A stretch of DNA of 62,921 nt, counting the filler, from Reticulomyxa filosa (Eukaryota > Protista > Foraminifera): the NCBI GenBank assembly GCA_000512085.1. It is 21 parts of 21 records of this genome, joined end to end, with 100 filler letters (N's around TTAATTAATTAA, not from the genome) between each part and the next. Parts side by side here need not be neighbours in the genome. Positions count along the whole stretch, not along the records: positions 1 to 8,916 come from ASPP01016907.1; positions 9,017 to 10,034 come from ASPP01034146.1; positions 10,135 to 12,073 come from ASPP01024201.1; 18 more parts are not named here. One strand, 5' to 3'. A program made the translations under genes and the position numbers. This document shows, one piece after another, positions 1 through 11,376 of the stretch. Within the stretch, counting starts at the first letter, position 1. Each line of letters opens with the position of its first letter. Below the pieces are notes generated by a model that worked only from the letters and a program-made list of their open reading frames with translations, was not told the origin of the DNA and searched no databases.

Positions 1-531
1 TCTCACCAGTGCGCGAGCATCGGCTCCAATGCCAGCATACACGCAACCCAAGTGTTCTCTGTCCCTATTTTTTTTTTTATAACACATTAACGCCACTACT
101 CAACTTTCTTATTGAACTAATAAAAGGGCACACAAAAGGGGTTTCCCCTTTTTCTCTACAAAAAAAAAAAAAAAAATTTTTAAATTAAAAAAATTTTCTT
201 AACGAAATTTGGAACACTTTATCCCATTCATCAACGTCCACTAACGATGAATAAGGCTTTCTTTCTGTGGCTATCACCACACCATCTTTGGCAACAATGC
301 CCAATGAAGTGTCTCCATTGCTTACTGCCTATTTTTTTTGTCGTATGACCCCACCCCCCTTGTCTTCACTTTTCATGTTCGTTTTTATCGTTTCAACCTT
401 TTTGTGTCACAATTTGTTTTTTTGATTGGGTGAAGCGTAGAGACACTCTGGTAAACTTTAAAACTATTGTCTATTTGAGTTAATTTCCCACTGGAATCAA
501 AAGTTGTCAAGCCGAAATTGTTGTCTGACAT
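1..531 (-). CDS. PSMA2: 20S proteasome subunit alpha-2, 5' part (3 exons, runs off the window start)
   Basis: Not in the ORF track; spliced by hand. Exons 531-457, 328-204 and about 58-1 with GT-AG introns give MSDNNFGLTTFDSSGKLTQIDNSFK/AVSNGDTSLGIVAKDGVVIATERKPYSSLVDVDEWDKVFQIS/EHLGCVYAGIGADARALVR. This matches the alpha-2 signatures [12 protein letters not shown] and HIGLVYSGMGPD. Confidence 0.9.
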
Positions 532-749
532 TTTTTCAACTGATCGAAATGAATTGATGAAATGTGCAACTTAAAAATTTTTCTCAATTAAAGGGAAAAA
601 TAAAATATCCCCCTTTTAACGTCCTGAACGCACCTTTGATACGGCTAATATACGTAATGCACCTTTTTCACGCTGTAAATATCTAGTAATTAATAGTTTG
701 ACTATGGAAAGTACAATCAGCAAACAAATGCAACATTTAACAAGTATTC

Positions 750-925
750 TGAGTTATAAATGCGGTGAGTTTTTGCCAGATGGTCCAAATTGTGTCGTGC
801 TCATGGCAGCACTATTTGAATGGAATATATCCTCTGGAAACAGCTTTTATTATTAAAGAGAGATGAAGAAAGAAATGTACAACTTTCTCCAAACGGTGCT
901 AAAGTTGTATCACTTTCAAATACTG
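750..925 (+). pseudogene. Decayed WD40 repeat remnant
   Basis: Broken frames give EFLPDG, QIVSCS, WNISSG and VQLSPNGAKVVSLS, the same style as the neighbouring WD40 gene. Confidence 0.45.
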
Positions 926-1180
926 AATAATTCCGTTGTGCTTGAAAAAATTAAACATGGAGTTGTGGACGGTAAAATTGCTTTGAAACATACCTTTTTC
1001 ATTTTTTAATAAAATATTTTAATCTAAGTCATTTTTGGCATGAAAATCTATTATACTTCTCAACAAAGTTAAATTATTTTTGGTTTTGTTTGAAAAGCAC
1101 TCAAACAATTTTTTAATTTTTTTAAGCGTCTAAGATTATTTATCATTCTCCTTCCTTCTAAAGGCAAAACAAGTGAATGA

Positions 1181-2332
1181 ATGCAAGTTTCTGCCGACAA
1201 AACTGTGGTAAATTTTCTTCAAACTTCTTATCTTGTGATTAGACACAAATGATTTTTATTGTGTGACTGACTAGTCAGAAAAAGTAGTAAAACTTATCAT
1301 TCAAAATTGGATTCGTATTTTGAATGTACAATTAGGGTGGATTAACGATTTTGACAAAACTGTTTTCAAATATGTAATGCTTTTTGCTTTTTTTTTTTTT
1401 ATTTTAAAATAAATAAATGAACGCATTTTACTTGTAATAAATCTTTAAAACATAGGCGAAATATTTTCAATTTTCAAAAATTTTGAACGGACAAACAGTA
1501 ATAAATGTGTAAAATTTTCACCAGATAGCAATAAAATTGCATCATCCTCATGGGATAAAATAATTCGAATATGGGATGTAAAATCAGGAAAACAAATCCA
1601 AAGTCTTATTGGGCATTCGGATTATGTTTTTAACGCAAAATTTTCATCAGATGGAAATAGTATATTGTCATGTTCAAATGACAATACAATTCGATTGTGG
1701 GACGTGAAGTCAGGACAAGAGTTGTTGCAATTAAAAGGACCACTTGCTCTAATATTGTGTATAGACTTTTCTTCAGATGGTAAAACTATTGTGTCAGGTT
1801 CAGCGGATAAAAAATAAGACTTTGGGATGTGCAATCTGGAAAAGAGATTCAACAATTAGAAGGTCATTCCAGCGATGTAATTAGCGTGCAATTTTCTCCT
1901 GATGATCAAATGATTGTGTCATCATCACTTGATACAACAATTGGTTTATGGGATGTGAAATCATGTAAACGATTGAAAGAAATAAAAGGACATTCCAATC
2001 GGATTAATCATGCGAAATTTTCTCCAGATGGTCAATTTGTTGTTTCATGTTCATGGGATAGTACTATTCGAATATGGGATGTATTATCAGGAAAACAATT
2101 ACAAAAATTGGATGTATATCCAGATGTGCTGTATGACGTACAATATTTTCCTGATGGTCAAACTATTGTGTCATGTGCAAGAGGTAATATTATTTGCTTA
2201 TGGGATGTAAGATCAGGAAACGAAATACAAAGATTAGAATATTTCTGTACATTGATGTGTATTGATGTTTCGCCAGCGAGTAATACAATCATATCAGGAT
2301 CTTCGGACTATACAATACAAATTTGGGAATGA
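1181..2332 (+). CDS. WD40-repeat protein (7-bladed), 3 exons, one homopolymer frameshift
   Basis: Exons 1181-1207, 1275-1373 and 1456-2332 with GT-AG introns. Repeats of GH..V...FSPDG...S.S.D.TIRIWD. The A6 run at 1809-1814 should be A7 (DKKIRLWDVQSG), which joins the upstream repeats to ORF 1829..2332. Confidence 0.85.
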
Positions 2333-3006
2333 AAAAATTTATTGTAATAAACACTTTTTTTATTTTTATTTTTTGAAAAGATGAAAATACGGAATAACCA
2401 TTGAAAATTGCAACTTACTTTGAATGACACCTTCACTGCATTACTTTGTTATTACTTTTAACGTTACACACACTTTATAATTAAGTGCTCAACATGTTTG
2501 ATTTATTTTTTTTCAAGTTTTGTGTTTCACGAATAAATGCTAAATACAAACGCATCAATCAACAAAAATAAATCACAATCCTGCAAATATTTCCTTTTTC
2601 AATTTAACCTGTTTTTTTTTTTTTGCATCTATTCTCGGCTTTTTTTTCAAGAATGTACAAAATAGAGGATTTTATTTTTAAATCCGAATATACATAAGAG
2701 CTTGTGCTTAAGCTGCGAAAAAAAGTAAAAACTGTTTTTATTCAATGAACAATCCGCTCTTGTAAACACAGGTTTAGTATGTCATACATTCGGAACAGTG
2801 AAGTGAATATCGAATATACAATAACAAAGCAAAGAAAATAAATTTTTACTTAATTTTTAAATCATGTATTTCACAACATTGTTTCAAGATTTATCAATGT
2901 GATATGTCAAAGACTTGATTTCCCTCTCTTTTTCAAAACAAAAAAAGACAGCTTTTCATCTTTCATTATTTATCTGCATCTTCAATAAATTATAAACAAT
3001 AACGAC

Positions 3007-6000
3007 ATGGATACACTCTCTCCCTTTGAAACATTATCTCCATTGCCTGTCCCACTTACTCGTTCTCAATGTGTATTTTACAAGCAAGAAATTCTTGTTT
3101 TGGGGGGATGGAAACAAATAAATTGTTATTCTTATCATGTACTCAAAAATCAGTACAAATTTATTTGTTCTTATCCAAAGAATTTTACATTGACTGGCCA
3201 CAGCGTGATAAAACTCACAAAAAGTGACAATAATTCAAATTATATCACTTTATTGTCTTTCGGCGGACAAGGAGAAAATGAAAAAAAACATACATTAATA
3301 ATGAAATATATTAGTGTTTGGGATGATAACATTAAAATTAAAAAGATTGAAGATTTCAATAAATGGATGCCTTTTGTTAATAATGACAACCGTCGAGTTT
3401 TCATTGGAAGAGAAAAAGATAATTATCATGGCATACGTGCAATAATTACCGGACAACATAGTCATCTATTATTTATCACATATCCTCCAAAGAACATTGA
3501 CGTGTTTAATTTAAATACATTTCGATATGTCAATCACAGTATTTTACCAACTGACGATTACATATGGTATCATTGCTTTGAGCTTAAAAAGGGAGATAAT
3601 TTAACAGCAAAGTATGAATCGGTGTTATTTTGTAAAGCGACAGGATTATTGATCGAATACGATGAAAACGAAAACAAATTCAAATTTCAAAAATTACCTG
3701 TTTTTGCTGATTTGTTACCTTTTTATCGATATGCATATATACAAATCTGCGATTCTATTTTGTTTTTTGGTGGATGGAATGACTACATTGGCTTTAAGTC
3801 AATTGTTTCAAAAGCAGTATGTCAATATTCAATGGATGAAAATAAATGGATAAAATTCGATCACACATTGCCTATTTCATTGAATGATTGCATTGGAGTA
3901 TTGAATGACGATAAGACACATATCCATATTTTGGGAGGAGAAGATGGAAATTGTGATGTGACATCAACACATGTAAAGACCAAAGTGTTAGAATGGATCG
4001 ACACAATTGAAAAAGAAGTACTGGAAAGTGATAAAAACAATAAAAAGAGGATATATGAGTCCAAATCTCCGTTGATTTTATTAACTGGATCAATGAAATA
4101 TAGACGGAGACCATATTTGAAATGTGTCAAACAAGACCTAATTTTGTTACAAAATCTGTTTCAAACTAAATTTGGCTATCAAGTTTTTACTACTTATAAT
4201 CCACGATATCCAATCACGCAATTGCTTTCTTTGAGAAAATTAGACACATTCATTTCAAAGCGTTATTTAAATTTGACTGATACTTCCAATGATAACAAAA
4301 ATATCTACGATGGACTGATATTTGTATGGTGTGGATATGGAAAGAGTCAAGATGACACTTTGATGATCACAAGCGACAACAAACGCAAATGTCTCAAAGA
4401 GATTCAAGACGTGTTTGTAAGACAAACTAACTATTTTGTGAACAAACCAAAAATATTTATAACAATTACATACAGCGATGAAAAAAAAGGAAATGAAGAT
4501 ATGGCAACTGAATTTCGGTATGAAAATAATAAAGATATATTTCACTATTTTTGCAAGCATTCCATTGAAATCAATGATTGGAGACTTGGGATATGAGAGA
4601 AGGAAGCAAAGTAATTTCACAGAGATTTTTTGTCAAATGATTGAAAAAAATATGAACAAAAGTTTGAATGTTATTGTCAAACATGTGGCAGACACAATCT
4701 TTGATGGAAAATTTAAAAAGGATATTTCGGTCACTTATTCTGACATTCATTTGATTCCACAGTTATGTGGTAATGATAATACAAAAGGAACAGTGGTGCT
4801 AATAAAACCACTGGGATTTAAAAGATATTGGAGTAACGAATGGATACGAGCAAATGTGGAAGCGGCAAAAAGAATGGAGAAAATGATTAAAGCAAATGGA
4901 CAAGGATTGATCATTGTGGTCAAAAATACATCTGAATGGGAAAATACAATATTTCCGAATTTAATCAAACTCAATGATTACACTTTCTCATTATCGAAAT
5001 TTTTCAATAATAGAGTGAGCAAAATTTTATATGAAGAATATGGTATATATGTAATAGAAAGAAAATCAGTAATACTTGATGATATAAATATTGATGGAAA
5101 TGTATATGTTGTGAATTGTGAGATAAAATGCCAACAAAATATCAAAATCACATCGCAGCTATTTGTTACAAAGAATGCAATTCTTGATCGACAATTGAGA
5201 CAGTCTATTTTGCCCATTCAATGGGATACCAAAATGAATCATGATATTCCAGTACAATTGCAAGATCTTGAAGACAAAGGAAAAAAGTTGATGAACGACA
5301 ATCTGTTAGATGACTCCATTCTTCTTTTCGAACAACACTTACAACTTTCACTTAATACATTTGGTGCCGATCATCCTTTTGTAGCTGGATCGTATTATAT
5401 GATTGGAGATGTTTACTATGGAAAAAAAAATTATAAACAAGCAATTTTATACTATGAAAAAACTTTACAAATTATGTTTGATAATGTTACAACCAACGAC
5501 TACGTTGCCATTTTATGCCACAGTTTAGGACTGTCTTATTCGAGAATAAAACAGTATGATAAATCGATTGAATATTATGAAAAAGGCTTGAACATTACAT
5601 TGAAATTATTTGGAGATAATTTTCCAGATATCATTGATTGGCACTCCAAACTGGCAAATGCATATAGTAATGCAAAGCGTTTTGGCAAGGCTATTGAATA
5701 TTACGTAAAGATTGTGAAAATTCGATTACATAAATATGGAGCCAGTCAGAGCGATATAGCTGATGCATACGACGATCTAGGCCGCGCTTACCATAGGAAA
5801 AAAATGTACAATAAAGCAATTTTCTATTATGAAAAGGCATTACAAATGTATTTAGATATATTTGGAGTCAAAAATGCCACAGTTGTTAATTTGTATGAAA
5901 ATTTTGCACGAGCTTATACTAGTAAGCGGCAGTATGATAAAGCAATTGAGTGCTTTGAAAAAGCGATAGAAATCATGTTAAGTATATTTGGAGGCAAACA

Positions 6001-7057
6001 TGAAGATATTACCGACACATACATCGATTTAGGAAATGCCTATGAAAAAAAAGGAGCCAATGATAAGGCAATTTTTTATTATAAAAAAGCATTACAAATG
6101 AGATTAGATATATATGGTAACAATAATCTCGATGTCGCTATAGCATATGACAATTTAGCTAATTGCTATATGTGTGATCGACAATATGACAATGCCATCA
6201 AACAATATGAAATATCGATGAAAATAAAATTTGACATTGTTGAAATAAGTCATTCTTCTATTGCTGATTCTTATTGTGGCTTAGGTTGTGTTTACAGTAA
6301 CAAAGGCGATTACACGAAATCAAAGCAATATTTTGAAAAAGAATTAGACATTAGAAAAAATGCATCAGAGGGCGATCATAATAGTGTTGCCAATGTATAT
6401 ATCAACTTAGGGATTACTTGTCGAAACGCAAGAGAATTTGACAACGCAATTCAATATTATGAAGAAGCATTGAAAATTAGAGTGACAAATTTTGGAGCCA
6501 ATCATAGTAGTGTTGCTGAATGCTATACTCAATTTGGGTGTCTTTATGATGACAAAAAACAATTTGACAAAGCATTTACGTCTTTTGAAAAAGCATTGAA
6601 CATTCGACTAGAGATATTTGGACCCAATGATGAAGCTGTTGCCGATTCATATTACGATTTGGGAGATACATGCAATAAGAAAGAACTCTATGATAAAGCA
6701 ATCAACTATCATGAAAAAGCTTTACATATTAGATTGCATATCTTTGGAATAAATCACAATGATGTCGTCAATTCATACCATTCTTTAGGAGTTGCTTATT
6801 ATAATAAAGGAGATCACAATAAATCTATTGAATATTATGAAAAAGCGATACAAATAAAAAAAACAATATCCAAAAAGGTAAATATTACAATTGGTTACTG
6901 GTGTTGGGATTTGGGAAGTACACTGAACACTGTCGGGGAAAGAAAAAAAGCGAGTGAATATTATAAAGAATCATGGAAAGTGTTCAATGTAATTCTAGGA
7001 GAATGGAATACAACAACATTAAGATCGAAAGAGAAAGTAAAAGAACTGACTGAGTGA
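3007..7057 (+). CDS. Kelch-like propeller + inactive caspase-like (peptidase C14 fold) domain + unknown domain + about 14 TPR; one gene split by a 1-nt frameshift near 4541
   Basis: ORFs 3007..4596 and 4478..7057 join as KDIF|TIFASIP and are colinear with the unbroken paralog at 44512-46380 (EDMFTMSVNTS). Kelch-like GG motifs (LVLGGW, LSFGGQ, LFFGGW, HILGG). Caspase-like motifs DGLIFVWCGYG, KPKIFI and SNFTEIFCQMI. 42-aa TPR units of the kinesin-light-chain type. Confidence 0.85.
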
Positions 7058-7518
7058 GACTTTTAAGTAAAATTGTTTAATCAAATTAACATTTGATGCT
7101 GAACAAACTGTTCCCCTTTTCACTTCTACGCGTTTTTCATCTTCATCTAAGACAATTGCAGAAGAAAAATAAAAGAGCTGAGAATGAATACTTTCAGCAA
7201 TGAAAAACAAAATTCAATACGATCAGCATTAATAAACTCCATTTCAAGTTTATGAGAAACATTATTCACATAACAATTATTCTTTTTTGTAAAAAAAAGT
7301 TTGAATTTAAAAATCACAAAACAGAAAATTTCTTTACCCAATTTTATCCGCAAAAAAAAAAAACTAGAAAAATATTGGATTGAGATCACCCTTCTAAATA
7401 TGAATGACTTCTATTTTTTATTTTAAAAAACAGTAAACAAGTTGATCTTAATTGCGTCAAAAAGTCCTTACCTACTTGTACTTAAAAAAAAGGGGAGGAA
7501 AAAAAAATAGAGTTAATC

Positions 7519-8885
7519 ATGTTAATATTACAAACAAAAGAATGCGATGCAATAAAAGTAAAAAGCTTACAAATTTTATCACTTGAAGGCTGTTATAACA
7601 AAGACTGGGTAGCAGCCTCGAATAAACAAAATCGTTTAAAAAGTCTACAGTGTTCAATATGTAAACAAATTGCAAATAATGCAATGGAATTAACTTGCAA
7701 TGAGCATGAAGATCACAACGACGCACTGGTAGTTGGTGAACAATGTTTAATGAAATATTTACAAGAGAATAACAACCAATGTCCTACTAAGGAACACAAT
7801 ACTTGTAGCTACATGAAAGGACGAACGATACGACGTTTTGTTAATGAATTAAAGGTGATCTGTCCTCGACAATTTGTAAGCTATTCCAATCAAAGAGTAG
7901 GTATCCAAAAAAGGGAAGGTGGCACAATTACAGAAATTAAACGTACTTGCACATTTAAAGGAAAGATTGAAGAAATAAAAGAACATTTAGAAAATGCATG
8001 TCCTTTGAAAATTTTGGGATGTAAATATAAGGATTATGGATGTGATGATATTTTATATGATTATAATTTTGAAGAACACTTAGAATCACAAATGAAGAAA
8101 CATTTACATTTGTTGTCGGATCATATTGCCATTTCTCAAAAACAGAGCCAACTCAATGAAGTGAATTGTATTGTTGTACTTGCATTCAAACTGCTTTTCG
8201 TTTATTTGTTTATTTATTGATTGTATTCAAAAAAAAAAAAATATATATATATTGGTTGTAATTTTGTACAAAATGAATATTTTAGGAAGAAAAAAAACAA
8301 TTAAGATTAAAAATTAAAGAACAGGGAGATGAAATTCAATCATTGAAGTTAAGTAATGATGATAAACATTCACAAATTGAAGAGCTTTTGAAACAGAAAC
8401 AACAATGGAATGAAATGAAAAATTTATACAATAATCTTCTACAAGAAGTACTTAAATATCAAGTTATTTTATTCTATTTGTTTGTTTTATCGTAATAATA
8501 TTATATATATATATATATATATGTATATAACAAATCAAATCAGTTGGAAATTGATGAGTTAAATTGCAAATTAAGTAAAAGTAATACCGAAAATGGCCAA
8601 TTGAAGGAACAAATACAAAATAAAAATTATGAAATTATATTTAAACAAAACATTAAATCGGAAGATAAGCAAATTATTAATACAAATAAGTTAGTTCAGC
8701 AATTGAAAAAAGACGACAGCATTACCAAAAAAGATATCAATGACAAAGAAAAACTATCGCTATTTCCTTATGAACAATACATTCAATTTTCTAAAAAGGA
8801 TTTGATATTACCACAAGATTATCAAAAAATTATCCAAAAAATCAAGTGATCAAGACGAATCAAGCATTCAAGATAATGCTTCATC

Positions 8886-8916
<31 letters not shown>
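7519..8916 (+). CDS. RING-like + TRAF-type zinc finger + coiled-coil protein (3' truncated by contig end)
   Basis: CSICKQIANNAMELTC..EH...GEQCL...CP (RING-like); ICP...CTFKGKIEEIKEHLENACP...CKYKDYGC...EEHLE...H (TRAF-type). Exons about 7519-8160, 8286-8462 and 8544 onward. An alternative frame continues to the contig end as a Ser run. Confidence 0.8.
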
Positions 8917-9016
8917 NNNNNNNNNNNNNNNNNNNNNNNNNNNNNNNNNNNNNNNNNNNNTTAATTAATTAANNNNNNNNNNNNNNNNNNNNNNNNNNNN
9001 NNNNNNNNNNNNNNNN
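8917..9016. other. Artificial contig-joining spacer (first of 20)
   Basis: 44 N + TTAATTAATTAA (stops in all six frames) + 44 N. Others start at 10035, 12074, 17172, 18659, 21126, 22909, 27003, 29365, 33097, 35206, 38732, 41103, 47885, 50153, 55262, 57154, 58599, 59796 and 61272. Confidence 0.98.
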
Positions 9017-10134
9017 CCTTCAACAATGGCCCGCAAATGGAAAAAGATAAATGGCCGATCCACAACGACATCGCGCCGACAGCGACAAACAACATGTAAG
9101 CACACTATGCTATGACAAGATCAATTGGTATATGTCAACAATTTGCATGACATAAGTATATTTATGTACACAATTTTTTTTTATGTAGAATTATCCACAA
9201 AAACAACGTATAACTTTGATGACGTATATGTGATTTGCATTATTTAAAAAATATAGGCAATAAGGCGCACCAACGACATCAACAAGAAGGGGTAGAAGCC
9301 AGCCCCGTCTCCGAAAGGAGTATAAAAGGTTTGTCATATTTTTATATATATGTAAATATGTTCATGTGTTGTGTATTTGTGTACAGGAGTCCCCCGCCTG
9401 AAACGAGTTACCTGTATTTAGCCCCTCCACACACACACAAATTATGGGTCGAAGGCCGTCCGGTGTACAAAATAAAAAATAATGGTTTGTTATATTTTAT
9501 ACATGTGTATATTTCTTTTGTTAAAATAATGTTGTTGTGCGTATGTATGTCATAAATAGGAATTCCCCATCACAAAGAAAAAAATATATTTTATGTTTTT
9601 TGTCAATACTTTCTAAATAAAACAAAAACATGATGAGTGTTTGATCCATGGAAAAAAAGTTGAAATTGAGTTTGAAATCTACTTTTTATACAGGTAACTA
9701 TGTTTTTTTGTGTTATCTAAACATATAAAAAATAATTTTGTTTGTTTGTGTGAATAGATGTCACAGGATCCAAATTATTTGTAAAAGAAAAAAGAAATTT
9801 TAGATGGGTGGTGGGAAAAAAAATTGAAAGTGATTGATTAAAAGGGAAAAAAAAGATAATAGAAAAGGGGGAAAAAAATGGAAAATAGAAAAAGGGGGGG
9901 AAAAAAGATAATTGAAAAAAGGGGAAGTGGGGAAAAAAAAGATAAAGAAATTAGAAATTTTTTATGATGATAAAAAAAATAACAAAGAAGATAATAATAA
10001 ATGAAAAAAATAAAAAACGTATAAAAAAAGAAAANNNNNNNNNNNNNNNNNNNNNNNNNNNNNNNNNNNNNNNNNNNNTTAATTAATTAANNNNNNNNNN
10101 NNNNNNNNNNNNNNNNNNNNNNNNNNNNNNNNNN

Positions 10135-10175
<41 letters not shown>

Positions 10176-10830
10176 ATATCATTTGATTGACGAAAGACCA
10201 CAATCCGATTGTGAAGATGAAAAAAGATACCAATCCGAAAAAACGGAAGACACTGAAGAGGATGAAATGTCTATGCTCTTCGACGAAACATTAACGCTTG
10301 ACATCCTTGATGCACAAATAACTGCTGCAATTGAACACCATAAAAAACTCAGAAGCAGTAATGGACCGCAGACTTCAACGAATATGGCCGGTATGGACAA
10401 CAATGAAATAGCATCTTCTTATTATCACATTGATCAGACTGACAAAAATGACAATGGGAATAAAGATAAAGCAGCTCCATCGCAGTCATGTACAATTGTA
10501 AATGACAATGATACGAACACTCAAATTGATGCCAGCGACCCTTCTCAGTCTCAAAAACTAGACGAAGACATACGTAAATACAATGATATTGCTGGCTTCA
10601 AATCCACATCAAATAATAGTATAATGTGCCAACATGAGAGTCAACAGTCTCAGTTTTTAACAGATCAAAGTAATGATCATCTCAGTGTTCGTAGTGAGAA
10701 AATATCAAAAACAAGGGCCAACATTAATCAACAAAATAACTATCCTGGTCATCCTGATTCATGTCTTAACACAGATACACAAACAAATGACAAGAATTTT
10801 GCGTGTAATACCAACAGCGAGAGTTCTTGA
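10135..10830 (+). CDS. 3' part of an Asn/Asp/Ser-rich low-complexity hypothetical protein
   Basis: The frame is open from the contig start through an (AAT)n poly-Asn run into ORF 10183..10830. No recognisable domain. Confidence 0.55.
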
Positions 10831-11376
10831 CAAAATGTCGCAATAAATAAACAAATACAAAACTCAAACAAATTCTTTGCACATTTAGTATTCTGTGCAA
10901 TATTGCCGAAGTAAAAACTGCCAACTTTTCATAAACCATAAGAACACATCGCTTTGAACATTCACTGTGTATTCATAAACTATTTGTTGATATTTTTTTG
11001 TTTGAAATGAGGTCCTTAACTCAAGGAAAATATAACTTTTTAAAAATGCAATTGTTTTCGATTAGTTTTTTTGTTTATTATTTTTCCTTTTTTTTCTCTG
11101 TTCGTTTATGTTAAAGCGAAAAATATGCCACAGCTCAATCCCAAAACGACAAACTTTCATAGCTTTTAAAACATGGATGTCTGATCTTTCGTTAAGTTTT
11201 TTAAGGTCAAAGGGTATATCCCAGTTAGTCTACAACATTTTGTGTAAAATATCCTATTTAATCTTTCATCTTATCAACTATAATCGAGGTAAAGTTAAAT
11301 ATCTGCAGCTGCTATGTTTTTCCCTTTCAACTTTTTTTGAAAAGCGTCTAAAAGAGCAAACACAAACACCGCAAAG

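Noticed and set aside
4478-4596. Programmed ribosomal frameshift between the Kelch-caspase and TPR ORFs
   Set aside because: No canonical slippery heptamer at the junction, the paralog is continuous, and similar 1-nt slips occur in CK1 and copine. Sequencing error is simpler.
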